Source: Callorhinchus milii
Lineage: Eukaryota
Assembly (NCBI RefSeq): GCF_018977255.1
Contig: NW_024704743.1
Location: forward strand, 68,202,001-68,266,000
Length of the DNA stretch: 64,000 nucleotides
Reading direction: 5' to 3'
Numbering within the stretch: the first letter of the stretch is position 1; each line of letters begins with the position of its first letter. Below are positions 51,001 to 64,000 of this stretch, piece by piece. The notes under the pieces are model-generated. The model was not told the DNA's origin and made no database searches. It saw nothing but the letters and a program-made list of their open reading frames with translations. The position numbers were made by a program, and so were the translations under genes.

Positions 51001-51444
51001 AAAGGCACTTGAATGGCAAAATTGCAATGTAACTGGCACCTCACACTGGAAAAAGCACCACAGAACATGTTTCCAGTAGGGGCGCCCAATATACTGCTGA
51101 CTGTGACACGACTCCCATCTTCTCTATCACATTGCTTTTCTATTCAAATATCCTGTCTAAAATCAAACTGCTGCAAAGTGCTAAATCTTTACTCAATTAC
51201 AGCCAGTTGTATTTTATGTGCAATAAAAAGAAAGTTTACTACACACCACTAAAGTGCTCAGTAATGTACAATAGATGAATGGGTTTCTGCATGTATCAGA
51301 TATTCGGCTGACGCCAAAAAATTAATCTCATGGATATTTTTGAAAAATAGCACTACTACTCGCATTTTCAACATTTTTGGTTCTTAAAATGTCAGTGACT
51401 AAATAGATTTTGACCGTTTTATTATATCTCAGATGCATTATAAC

Positions 51445-51758
51445 AATAATAATAATCCATGCATTTGGTACAGCGCCGTTCACATTGGGGGGAGATCCCA
51501 AAGTGCGTCACAGGATTTGCTATGAAGTGGATTTGCGAATTAATGCCAGAAACTCACTTCTTTTTTGAAATAGTGTCATGGCATCTTTAACGTTCACCTG
51601 ATCTGACAGACAGGACATCGGATTTAATATCTGAAGGACCACATTTCCAACAATGCAACAATTTCCCCAGCAACATATCCGCACATTATAGTGTCAGTTT
51701 AGTTCAAGTCACTGACTCAGAGGCGAGGTCGCTACCACTGAGCCAGACTGACACACAC
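51445..51758 (-). mobile_element. Older Deu-domain SINE with internal deletions
   Basis: Ends in ACTGAGCCAGACTGACACAC like 18578; L2-like tail at 51445. Confidence 0.7.
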
Positions 51759-51946
51759 TATCCTTGCACTTGATAAAACAACTTGTCATGTCAAATCGTC
51801 TCAAAGTGCTTCATAGGATTTTTGCTGTGAAGTGTAGTGACTGTTAATTTGTAGACGAATGATCTGCAGTTTGTTGGAGGAAAGTGGTGCAAAAATATCA
51901 TCTGTTCTATAGGTTTAAGAAAACCACGTAATTGTTTGTTTTTCAG

Positions 51947-52042
51947 GGATGTGAGATCATCGAGACTCCAGATCAAGATCTCACTGACTTCACAAAATGC
52001 CTTCAGATACTACTGCACAAAATAAAGCAACAAGCATTGCAG
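51947..52042 (+). CDS. TPK1: TPK1 coding exon 5 ([32 protein letters not shown])
   Basis: Acceptor TTGTTTTTCAG, donor CAG|GTATTG, 96 nt, phase 0 to 0. Contains the DQDxTDFTK motif. Confidence 0.97.
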
Positions 52043-55000
52043 GTATTGTGCCATTATGCATCAAGTCTGGGATTAATTCAAATAATGTCAGACTAATATG
52101 ATGTGGTTTGAAGTCCTCTCTTTAAGCCAGTTTCCTCCACAAGCTCCAGAGCATTGAGAACCCCATAGTGCTGTGCTTTAAAATCTAGAAATTAAAAAAA
52201 AATCTAAGTCCTCGTGAACGGATAACATAATTCATTGAATTTTTATAAGTGGAAAGTAAAACCTTTGGGTTCAAATATCATTGTTCTCTGCATTTCCAGA
52301 AGTGATTGATTTTGACTGAGTAAGGTAAGAAGTCTAAATATAACAGCATTGTCCTACTGCTCATCAAAATGAACTAATCTAGGTCATGGACTTGTTGTCT
52401 GATGCAGTTTGCCTCACACCCACTCACTGCTAGACTGGGATTGACGGACCAGGAAACACATTTGCAGTGCTCAACAAACACAATGATTAATCACGCGCAA
52501 AAACAAACCTACATCATACTACCTCTCCACCACAGCCTTGTTAGAGGAAAGTGGTACAAACGATATCTGTTCCAAAGGTCTCAGAAGCAATTGCAGGGAT
52601 CAATTTGTAAAGAAATTGAATTGTACCCTTCTATAATCTCTTGTCCCTTTGGATAGCTTTTAGAAAATATAAGGACATAATTTATAACTAAAATTGTTTG
52701 AATGCAGTGTGACGTAGCATGTTGCTTCCAAAGAGACAACTTTTTAGAAGTCTTTGCTCCTCCCCATTCTTGGCAACATGTATCAAATTGGATCTTTTAG
52801 GTTAATCTTATTTGGTGTATCAAATGGTGTTGATCAGTCCAAGGTGTTGCCCTGAAGAAAATGCTCAGATTTCTGGCTTTCCATAGACGCTGTTAAACTA
52901 ATAGATTCCAGCCTTTTCATCAATGGCAATTAAATCAGATGGACTGCTTGAGTTGCTGCTAGGGATGCTTGATATATCAAGTTTGAATGATGATTTTCTC
53001 TTTATTATCAGAGATAAGTCTTAGGCAGAGTTATGCTTGAAGATCCTTCTTGCTGCAAGTAAAAATAAATATTTCAAAGCAGACAGCAATCTAACAAATA
53101 TATAAATTATTGCGTGTATCTTGCAGTTGCCTCCCGGAAAAATGTCTTACATTCCTTGCCACTAAGATATGATTTCCTGTTAACTGTGATCCAAAACTTT
53201 CAGAAGATAAATCGCATTTGTCAAAGCCAAACTGTGAACTCAATTCTGATCTCTGAAGCAAGAGAGGGTAGGGTTAAAGACTAGCTGAACTACCAAATAA
53301 AAAAAACATGTGTAGTATTTTTTTTCTTTGTATTGATAAGACTTCAGCCTTACTCAGCAACAACAACGATTTGTATTTATATAAGCACGCTTCAGATGGG
53401 CAGCATCTCGAGTGCTTAACAGTGGCAAAACTTTACATTTAACTGGGAAGAGAGGAGAGCTGACCCTAGGCATGGTTTAAGAGGAAGGTCTTCACATGCG
53501 ATCTGAAGATGGGCAAAGAGGGGGCAAGACTACTCCACCGATCTGCGCAATGTAAATAATATTGGTGCCAAGCCAGGCTTTTGTTGTGGAGTGAAATAAA
53601 AGCATAAAACCAATAGAAAGAAATATCTCAAAAATATCACTCAGTCCTCAAAGGGCCTTAATTGAACAGATTGTTCAGAAGGTCTTGAACCATTGTGTGA
53701 GAATTGGGAAAAGAGAAAGGAGTGTTTCAATAAGAGAGCACGTGAAAAACATCCATCTTCACTGACAGTTCGTTAGATTTTTAAAACGTGTTCAAAAGTT
53801 CAATCTGAGACTGAAATGTGAGGCCGACTCAGTCTTTTCCTTCTGGTGGAAACATTGTTAAATCCCTGTGGAGGCTTTAAAACTACTTTTATCATTGAAA
53901 AGTCAGTTCTTTCAACTTCAGAAACTGACAGATCAGTGATAAGGAAGGATATTCACTTTTGAGATTAAACGCCATTAGACAGAGCAGCACAACTCTAGCA
54001 TTAAATTTAGTTCTAACAGCACCTATTCAATCTTGAAGGAGAGAAACGGCCTGAAACTTTACTGGCCAAGAGCTTCGAAGGAGGTAATATTTCAAACGCA
54101 GCGGGCATCAACTCAGCAGAGAATTATGTACTGAACCCTACTGCTCTGGATACTCTCCAAAGACCATCATTTTTTCTCTTAATTCCATTTTCTTGACCTT
54201 TAACATAACTTTTCCTCAAGTATTTTTCCAATTGCATTATAAGTGCCCAATGAGAGGGAAAAAAATCCTTATTAACGTTAATGGAAACTCATTAAGAGAC
54301 GTTTAAGGTAGCATTCAAGGACTGTGGCCATCATAATATTTGATTTTACAGTAACTCCTGAGAACAATTAAATTATGATATTCGGTGAAAATCTAATGCC
54401 TTTCAAGTTACATACACAGAAGGATGGACAGTAGTAAATTTCCCCTGGGATCAAACTGACCACAATGATAAGCTCAGCCACAATTCTAATAAATTTTACT
54501 CCTGTGTAAAATGTACCTAGGGTTTTGGAGGAATAGCAAATGCAATCTGATTTAACAAATAATCACCAGACAACTAGAAAATTCTGTAACCTTGAAAGAA
54601 TTTTCTTTCCACTATTTCCCTTGGTGGCAGTCACTAGAGAATATATAATAGGTGTGAGTCAAAGTGGTATTAATTGCAGTGTAGTTCATTCAATTGTACC
54701 TCAACTCGCTGTTAAATATAATTTAAGCGATACCTCATCTCTTGAAATTCTTGCACTTTCCTACAAAAAAAACTTGCATACAGATATGGGCAGGAAGACA
54801 AGGAAAACCATTAATATGAGAAAGGATTATACATCAGAATAGTTTAATCGTTTCACTGCTTTAAAATAAAAGTTAACTGCAGAAGGCAATAGCAACTTGT
54901 GACTATCCTCCTTGGTTGGAAGGTAAGTGGGGTCTCCTTGGACCTGAGCTGGCTCCATACGCATGTTAGAAGAGATGGATCTTCAGGTGATGTTTGTAGG

Positions 55001-55987
55001 CAGGGAGGGAGGAGCATGGCAGATGGACTACAGGATGGAGTTGCAAAGGTTGGGGCAGAATGACTGATGATGACTTACCCGCCAGTGGGGTAAGTGACGC
55101 TGGCTAGTGTTTGCTGAATTGCTGGGGCAGAAGGGCTGCAGATTGTCTCTGAGATAGGGTTTGGTGAGGCAGTTGAGGCATTTTGATATTTGCATGCTTC
55201 ACATCCCATTGCATTTTTCAAAAATTAATTCCTTGTGACCTTGTAGGAGTTTGTAAGCGAAAGTGCACACTGCATTGATCCACTGTGATTGCTTGTCATT
55301 TACAGTAAACCGTGCAATAACCTACAATAAAGTTTAAAGATTTAAATTAAAACTTACAAAATGTATGTGTCACTGTGAAAACAGGTTGTGAAAAGCAAAT
55401 TCTTTATAAATGTGTTTCATAGAAATGGCTTAACTCCATCCTTTCTTCTATTTCGGAATCAAAATCAAATTGTGACTCTTTTACTAAGCTTGGATATTCA
55501 TGTGAGGCTTTATTCATGTAATGTATTATATTAAATGTAGTTGATGAGCTTCATCTGTGTTAAATATTTTTTGCACTGTGGTGTCATCAAAAGCAGTTTT
55601 ACCATTCCCTGTGGGACACCACAGTTTTTCCACAGAAAATAAATAACTACACTCACATCAAAACCACAGACACCTACAGATTGATTTACCTCAGAGGAAT
55701 ACTTATTCCTACTATAATGCATTCAAATGTTAGATGATAGCATTACATTAATCAGTCAAGGGCTCCACAGTTATTATAGATGTGGTGCTTTTGAAATCTC
55801 AAAGAAGCTTCAATTTGAATCTAATTGCTCCTATCATTCTCCATTGAGAACAATAAGCTGGAGTCATAAATTAAGGTCTTGACCTTTTTTTTATTAATGT
55901 TGGGTCTTTATGTTTTGAAGCGAAGATGAAAAGGGCAGGGGAAATGTAGAAAACATTAATGGAAGCAGCTGTCATTTCTGTTGATAG

Positions 55988-56134
55988 GTTGATGTCATTG
56001 TTATTCTCGGTGGACTTGGAGGACGTTTTGATCAGACCATGGCCAGTATAGAGACGCTCTTTCATGCCGCAAAGATGACTGCTCTACCAGTTATCATCAT
56101 TCAGGACACATCACTGGCCTGCTTACTACAGCCT
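55988..56134 (+). CDS. TPK1: TPK1 coding exon 6 ([49 protein letters not shown]); the gene continues beyond the window
   Basis: Acceptor TTCTGTTGATAG, donor CCT|GTAAGT, 147 nt, phase 0 to 0. Contains the GGLxGRFDQ motif. Confidence 0.97.
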
Positions 56135-58527
56135 GTAAGTATTAAACCATTGCAGCAAGTTGGTCTTAAAAGTAACTAAAATTGGCTCCATCAGGAACTT
56201 GGCCAATCAAGCAAGCTCCTTCCATAAACCACTAAACTAACCCTACTATTGACTGCATGGATTCACTTCCTGAACATCATCATGAATGAAGCAAAATTAC
56301 TACATTCTTCACCTATCCACACATTTCTACTGCTGAAATCTACCCTTCTTGCCTCCAAGTTTGTCTCTTGAGACGCAGTGCCAAAGCTTTCCATCTGGTG
56401 GAGTATCTATCACCGTCACACTTAAGGCAAACCCTTCAAATAATGTAGTCAAACAGATACTTATCCAGTTCTTGTTTGATGTTAATCAGCGCAGCATGTT
56501 GTTGTTGCTGGCTGTCTGTTCCCCATAATCTTTACGCAATGTTTAGGGGGGTTAAATAAATGTTAAATTAAACACGAACAGTAAATGGCACAAGTGCTGG
56601 AAGACTTGTGCATTTATTGTGGCACAAATGTTCTAGCACTTGTGTTTGTTGTGTAGGGAATCCATTTACTGCTGCAGTCACCCCACTCTCCCCTCCCACC
56701 CTCAACGGGCTGAAACAATACACAAACGATGATTGGCACAAGTGCAGTTAAAAGAGATAGCTACTGAATTGAGTTGTTTTCCTCTACTACCGCTCTCAAA
56801 TGATACCACCAGGATGGCAGATTGAAGCAGGCCTTGTATTGGAAATTTGCCATATGACAATGTCCCTGAAATGGTGCAGACAGGTCGTGGGGCGGGGCCG
56901 GTCGGACACTGAGCATTGCATTATATAAAATGGGGCAAAATTTGGGGCAATTCAGAATGTATTCAATGTAATATCATATTGAACGTTTTAGAAAACACCT
57001 CTAATTTCACCTTTTTTTAAAAAAAATGATATAACTATTCATAAAGTGGGTCATTGAAGTGTCATTTGAATCACAAGATAGCATTTACACTCAACTCATT
57101 GTTAGGATTTTTTTATTTTGTCTACTACAGTTTGGTTTTATACATTCAGTACTTTACTGATGTTTCTGACTCAAGAACAATATTCTGCTGTTGCTGGTGG
57201 TTCTGGGTGAAAAGGAATTGTGAATCAGTGTGTAATTGGCCAGTCTGGCATCATTCGGCGATGAAATGTGGGAATTAAGGCGTAGGAGTTTTTTTGATAA
57301 GCATTTATTGGTTATTTACAACCTTGGATGTGATTGTGCTGCTAAAGCTGGGGAGCTGAACATAGATTGCAAGTTAAATTAATGCAAGGGTACAATTGTT
57401 ATCAATGACACTTTTATAGCAATTTGAAGAATAATAATGTCACGTGGACATTTTAATCAAATTATTGCGAATCAACATAGGCAACAATTTATTGCGTGCA
57501 CATTTGTCTTTACATACTTGTTGGGAGCAATTGTAAAAAAAAACATTCAAAGTGGCACTGTTTGTCCCCATACTATTATCAACATATTTACATTGTTAAA
57601 TTTCAGTAAATTTACAGTTAAGCATAAGAAATACTTTGTAGAAATACTTTGATCAAGTGTTAAAATCCTACTCGGCCTCTTTCCTAAAAATAAGTTAATT
57701 CTCTGTTCAGAATAGACAGTGAATTAAGGAATGCATAGCTCCCTGGTACTAGTCAATATTCTCCAGTGGTAGAAAGTTACAGAAAATAATTGTTGCAAAA
57801 GCACATTTCAAAATTATAAAGGGCATCAAAGGATAAAGTAACTGCTTTTATCATTTCAGAGCACAGCGCTTCTGTTAAATTCAATTTTATGCGTGTATGG
57901 ATGCTCAGTCTTATGAAAGATGGAAATACTGTGGTGTGTATAGATATATACAATTATATTGAATAGAACTGATGAGTAGATTTTCATTACGTTTTAAAAA
58001 GTACAAGTCAATTTACACTGCTTAGAAAGAAAAGTATTGAGCCAGTTTGATTTTAACAGTTTATTGAATTCATGCCATTAGGAGTAATTATGTTACTAAC
58101 TTTTAAATTACATGAATTATTCTGAATTAAGCAGTATTGAGTTGTTGTAACATAAGAGCTTTGTTGAAGATCATCCAGTTTTCATTCAGTTTTACCTTCA
58201 CATATATTAATAATTATATTATCAAAGTGCTTTGAGATGTCTTAACGAGTGATAAGGCGCAATATCAAATGCAAGGATTATTATATTATAATAATTAATA
58301 ATAGTCATTGTCCTTGATATATTACATTTGACATCTATTCACCTCGTCAAAACATTTCAAATTGCTTCCCAAGATTTTTATTGTAAAATGTAGTGGCTGT
58401 GTGTTTGTAGACATACACCACTGCCAATTTTCACAAGCAGTGTCCCATGTACATTCCTTTGAAAGTGCAAGGGTAAAATGTTGTACAAGTTGTGTAGTTG
58501 GACAAATCTGGGTCGAACTCATATTCT

Positions 58528-58600
58528 ATACATGCACACAAATACATGCATACATACATCATGCATGCATACATATATACATACACACACATACATACAT
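58528..58600. repeat. Degenerate (CATA/CA)n microsatellite
   Basis: Directly visible in the sequence. Confidence 0.8.
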
Positions 58601-58914
58601 CTTATCACCTTGTCAAAACATTTCAAACTTCTTCCCAAGATTTTTACTGTAAAGTGTAGTGAATGAGTTTGTATGTAAATGTCTGTGCAGTTAAGACCTT
58701 TGATTTGGGTACTGCAGATCTGTTTACACATAGTTAAATCCCAGGTTCAGCATATGGGAGGAATTGTCAGCCTGTACACATCCAGAAAGTATCCACTCAA
58801 TCCTCCTGCTTTTCAAAATTGTTAAAAGTCTTATTTTAAAAAAGAAAAAAAATGCTTTTAATGCAGTGGAATCCCGACGTAACTCAAATCGGAGGTGACG
58901 TCAGTTGTTTTTTC

Positions 58915-59130
58915 TGGTCAGCTGTGTTTATGACACCTGTGGAAATCCATCATCATGCTGAGAGGTCCACATGTGTATGCCACCTAAACATAAATATTTC
59001 CCTGTGTCTGGAATGGAATGTATACTCCTTCCTTGGAGGGACACACCCTGCTTATCTAATTCCAGAGAACAAAAGGCACAGACAAGGGTTGGGAACCCCA
59101 GAGAGTGTGTCGGGTATGTCCAGCTAGGAC
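58915..59130 (-). repeat. Unclassified interspersed repeat, copy 2
   Basis: Shares CCCTGTGT.TGGAATGGAA.GT and TGCTTA.CTAATT with the other copies. Confidence 0.7.
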
Positions 59131-60125
59131 CACCCTCCTTGTTAGGGCTTTTGCTTCCAGGATAAACAGAAGCTGAGTAGAAGGAATCCTTGCTTCCAGT
59201 GACTGCTACTAGTAGAGATGGCAAGTGGGGGGAAAGGCACTGTATGATATGCAAATCTGAAATAAAACAGAAAATGCTGGGAAATGTGCTGCCAGTCGAT
59301 CAGCTTCTGAAAGAGAAATTCCAATCACTGTTTTCAGATTAAGAGGCAGTTGCAGCCACAATATAAGCTTGACTTTCACATTCAGGTGCTGATCCAACTT
59401 CTATTTAACATTTCCTCTTATTAGTCCACATCTACTGTCATTTTTTTGGTTTGTTTCAAACGTAGATACATAGATTTATAAAAAGGCCCAGAGACCCATC
59501 AAGTCCATTCTTGAGATAGTTCCACCATTTCACCCCCCACCCAGCACTCAAACTATACTTCTCGAGTTGTCAGCCACTCAGTCTCCTTCCCAAACATGCT
59601 GTTCACTACCCTGCTCAGATACAGTCGCTAGATTTGCCTAGATCTTGTCTGTGTATGCATTTTGGTTATTGTCATCTGATTGAATTGTTTGCTGGCAAAC
59701 CAAAGTGGATGGGGGAGGATAAGATGCATCTATCAGTCTGTGATGATCACTTGCAATCAGAGACAAATTATGTCTATTTCCATTTTGGGATTCATTTCTA
59801 AAAGAAGAGGTAGACAATTCCTCATTGTGTTAGATTTAAGACCAATGCCTTAAAAATTAATATTGAGCAGAAGTTTGGAAATTATTAATTTCCATCTTAA
59901 TGTGGATGCCGGTTTTCTTCAGGTGTTTTCAAGATCTGCGGAAAACTGGCTTCCAAATAAAGATGGAATTTAAGTAAGAATTTTTAAAAATTCTCATACA
60001 TCTTTAAATGTTAAAACAGTAAGATTAATTTTAAGATTAAGACCCTAATTGATTTTGAACCTCAAATGTTGGCAATGAACTTTTGCAGCGAAAGAGTCAA
60101 CAGTAGTGATGGAAACTTGCTATTA

Positions 60126-60399
60126 GGAGACCTGTAGCTCAGTGGTTAGAGCACTCACCTTGCAAGTGATTCCCGGCAGGGCAAAACCTTGGGTAAATTT
60201 CCTTACTCCATATGCCTGATAGTAATACCTCAAGAAAAAAAAATAATAATTTGGTCACTCAATCCACGACTGTTTGTGGGACACTGCTGTGCGCAATTGG
60301 CTGCCGCGTTTCTCCCACAAAATATACAGTCACTTTGCATATATTCTATGAAACGCTTTGAGATGTCTCGACGACGTGATAAGGCGCTATATCAAATGT
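60126..60399 (+). mobile_element. tRNA-Ala SINE
   Basis: Head with a deletion in the B-box region, plus core and tail. Confidence 0.88.
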
Positions 60400-61769
60400 A
60401 GTCAACAGACTGGCCTATTTTTCCCTTCTTAATGAAGTGTCCTCATTGGTGAACTTGGGATTTTGTTCACCATCCATTTAAAAGAAGCAGCCTCATTTTG
60501 AAAAGGAAAAGTGAGGCTACGATGTCCTCATTACTGAGATATCCACAGAGTGAAGTGCAATTTTGCATCCAAAATGTAGATACTCTGTTTTATAGATAAA
60601 AATGGGCCCATGAAGAACAGTTCTTTCAAGCATGCAGTAATTGTTTGCAGTGTTGCTGTTGGTCATGGCTGATTAATTTGAAATTGCCCAGTAGACAGCA
60701 CGTTCCACATTGGGTTCAGTACTTCCTTTTCTTAAATTGTTGCAAACTTAGCCCTCATGTCAGACTCAGACCTACAGACACTTATGATTAATGTAGAAAA
60801 ATAATTAATGTAGAAGATTTTTAGAAATACGTCGTGGGATGCAGTGTCATGATTAATACATTTGAATAAGGAAGAATTATATAAAGTCAATGGAATAATC
60901 ATTGATTCAAAGTGACATTGTATAATATTATAGTTGATGGATGCAACTTTGGGACCCAATTGCTGGTATTTCTTAACAGGATCCATTAATGAGAAAACTG
61001 AGGCATTCACATGGAGACTAGTTTCAGTAACGACAAGTAGATCACATCATGCTGCAAGAATTCCACTTTTGAAATGATCTAGTTATGAAGTAGGGTTTTC
61101 ACGGTTCAACGGGCAATTTAACCAAATAAATCCAAATAAATCCTGTTATGTTCCTTTGTTTTTTAAAAAAAATGAAAACCTAACATGAAGCATGTGGTAC
61201 TTTCAGGAACATGGACCAGTGGAGCTGTAAAAAAGTGCGGGGCCAACAACAAATGCACCTCCAATGTAAATTCCCCATTGAAACCCATGTACGTGAGACA
61301 CTTGCCCAGTTCAATGGATTCCGTGGGGGAAATTGTGGGATAATTTGGAGGCACTTGTATCAGCACACATGCAGCTGTGATGGGGAATGGAGATAAACTG
61401 CTGTTTAGCCTCCTACCGAGCGAAATAAGTTTTGAAATGACAGTGGCAGCATTTTGCTGCAAATTGAGTTACTTTTAACAAAGACAGGCAACTTGACTTA
61501 CTGACTGCTGACGTCTTGTGATATTATAGTACATTAACCTGGGCTTGTAGTAAGTTTCTCAACACTGGTGGCGCAATGTATTTTTTTAGGGGTTAGGGGA
61601 AGGGGATATAAAGAAAAGACAGGGAAATGGGATCAAAATATCTCCCTTGATCTAATGAACTCAAGAAGCTAGCCCAATGTGCTGTATAGCCTCCTTCTGT
61701 TCCTATGTTCCCAGCGGAGATAAAACAGTAAGGCTTATGAAGCAGCAGTACACTCCCGATAGAGGTGTT

Positions 61770-62125
61770 TAAATTATAAATGGATTCAATAAGGTGGATA
61801 TTGATAGACTATTTCCACTTGTCAGTGAATCCAAACGTAGAGGGCATACATATAAAATAGTTGGTAGTAGATCTAATAGGCCATTTAGAAGGAACTTTGT
61901 CATGCAGAGGGTGGTGAGAATATGAAACCCGCTGCAGAAAGCTGTGGCAAAGCAAATATCATCAGTGCATTTAAGAGAAAACTTGTTGCGTACATGAGGG
62001 AGAAGAGAATAGAGTGATATAGGAGAGGGCAATAAGAGGGTTGGGGGCTCATGTGAAGTATAAAGTCCAGCACTGCCTGGTTGAGCCAGCTGAGCTAGTT
62101 CTGTGCCGTATCATTGTGTATAATT
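61770..62125 (+). mobile_element. CR1 LINE 3' fragment
   Basis: EVFKIINGFNKVD...LFPLV and QRVVRI segments; closely similar to 20870-21230. Confidence 0.82.
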
Positions 62126-62449
62126 ATCAAAACACAAACGAATAGCTGAGAAAAGGAGAACAATCAAGAAGTACTGATTAAGCGACACCAAACTTGGATT
62201 TTAAAAGGCTGTTCATTGTAGGAGGAAGGATAATTTCAACACAGTGAGGAAGGAAAGGGAGCTTGTTGGCCTATGTGTTTGGAGTTTGGAAAGAACAAAA
62301 GAAAACGGATGAAAGGAGCAATAAATGTAGTAATTGCACTGAGTTGTTATCCAACATCAGTAGTGGCTTGTCTTAACGGTTGGCCAACAAATAACTTCTT
62401 GATTAAATATTTCTTGATTTATGTCATAAATCAAGAAATAATCATTGAT

Positions 62450-63400
62450 TTATGGAAAGTGCATGAGAGAATTATGCAAGGTGGTGTCAATGTCTACCAA
62501 AAGGGCACAAAAATCACAAGAAGTATTTAGCTAGGGCTTAGAAGCAATACAACTCCACTGGAATTTTTTGAGGATGCAACTAAACTAGTGTACGAGAGCG
62601 ACCCACTAGATACAATTATGCTTAGATTTTCAGAAGATTACTATGGCTCAGGACATGAATGGAAAATCAGTTAGAAGGTTGAAGCTGATGATGAGTGGAG
62701 AAAGCTTTGTCTGTGGCAGCAACTAGTGAAGATGTGATGGGGTTCATTCTGGATTGCCAACTATTCATTCAACTTGCAGATGGTTTGTAGGAGAGAACTT
62801 CTTCCATTACATTATTATGAAACTTGCAGATGACGCCTGGCTGTGAGAGCAAATGACAAATTTAAGGAAGATAAGCAGCATTCAGGGAGATCTAGATTGT
62901 TAAGAAAATTGATTTTAAAAATTTGCATTGCAGCAGAAAAGTGCATAAATTGTTGGTTGTTGTAGCTTATACAAAAGGGATCCGTTAAGGAAGGTGGAGA
63001 AAGAAAATTATGTAAGTGTTATTGATCAATCGCTGAATGTTTCCAGGCAATGTGAAGTTTCTATCTACAAGCATATTTGGAAACATCTGAAGGGCATTTG
63101 ACTTTAATTGTTGTAAGTTACTCAACCCTAGATGGAATAATGATTTCATATTTGGAAAATTTAATCTATATAGAAGTATCTATCTTCAAAACAGGACATT
63201 GTCGTTGTGAGAAACTAGCATGGCTAAATACATTTTCATTTGGGAAAACAAAATTGAACAGAAACAAGATGCCAGCCTTTAAAATGCTGAGAGATAATAG
63301 ATGATGTAAAGGTAAGCAGGTTAGTTGGTTTACACTGTGAGCACAGATTTAAAAGTAAAATTAGCAAGCCTCAAGCAAGGTTTATAGATTACAACAAAGT
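62450..63400 (+). mobile_element. Old CR1 LINE RT-region fragment
   Basis: LEFFEDATKLVY..DPLDTI..DFQK, KLADDA.L and QGDLD remnants. Confidence 0.7.
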
Positions 63401-63491
63401 TATTGTCATATGAAACTTATCTGTGAATATGTTAAACACTCCCACCAAAAAAAACAGCTAATGCTCTTTCAATTAACACCTTCAACAACAA

Positions 63492-63738
63492 AGTTTTAGC
63501 TGGTTTGACTCTAGCAGTACCCCAACTCACACTCAGGGTTCCCTTGGCTCTTGCCAACCTGTGCCTAATACTCTCCGGAATTAGGTAAGCAGGATGCATC
63601 CCTCCAGGGAGAGAGTGTACATTCAATTCCAACAATATATCTGTGGGATTTCAATGTAGAGATGGGATTTTCAGCTTGGTTTGGATGCTCTCAAGAACAT
63701 TGATGGGTTTCTGCATGTGTCAGACTCCTAGCTGACCA
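63492..63738 (+). repeat. Unclassified interspersed repeat, copy 3
   Basis: GTTTTAGCTGGTT...AGTACCCCAAC...CCTTGGCTCTTGCCAAC...AATTAGGTAAGCA...TGATGG.TTTCTGC.TGTGTCAGAC, as in 3244-3708. Confidence 0.75.
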
Positions 63739-64000
63739 AAAATAAAAATTGTAATGCAGGTAACATCCCCATGAAACACCAAAATCATCAAGTGGAACAA
63801 TTATCATCGAGTTTGTTATAATTTTGGTTGAAGTAGAAACCCACCATATTAAAATATAGATATTTCCATGGGATTGTAATGTTTTACAATTTTAAGAACA
63901 CATTAAAACGTATTTTACAGATTTTGAAATGTTGGTTCTCAGCCATTACTTTTGCAACAGTGTGCCCTTATGAACAGCTGAAAATTGATCTGTAAAAGTG

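Noticed and set aside
51073..51086. CTCF-like sites (CCAGTAGGGGCGC here; CCACCAGGATGGCAG at about 56806)
   Set aside because: Spacing is one base off the CCASYAGRKGGC core in both cases.
1..64000. TPP riboswitch (thiamine gene) or CRISPR-like array
   Set aside because: I saw no TPP aptamer consensus and none is known in vertebrates. The repeats are dispersed, not regularly spaced.
56135..64000. Remaining TPK1 exons (GKHRL... thiamine-binding domain)
   Set aside because: No matching coding sequence was found; they presumably lie beyond the window, so this is not evidence of truncation.

Overview
Vertebrate genomic DNA, AT-rich and repeat-dense. It is probably from a cartilaginous fish, possibly a chimaera such as Callorhinchus milii; this is inferred only from the repeat complement (tRNA-Ala/Deu-domain SINEs with L2 tails, plus L2 and CR1 LINEs). 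The window holds the 5' part of a plus-strand TPK1 (thiamin pyrophosphokinase 1) gene. Six coding exons (26169-26220, 31464-31538, 42664-42733, 47035-47107, 51947-52042, 55988-56134) splice through canonical GT-AG introns into 171 uninterrupted codons: [172 protein letters not shown] did not find the C-terminal exons, which presumably lie downstream. A CpG-rich segment at about 140-330 is the likely promoter and first exon. Almost all ORFs in the supplied track are spurious or repeat-derived. The most notable non-genic items are (1) a decayed minus-strand retrovirus/Gypsy-like element at about 14.1-17.2 kb with gag-like, protease, integrase C-terminal and possible spliced env-like remnants, (2) a 'headless' SINE subfamily with terminal inverted symmetry and a private diagnostic motif, (3) a short templated insertion inside a SINE, and (4) two palindrome-centred MITE-like elements. 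Repeat boundaries are approximate because they were read by eye.
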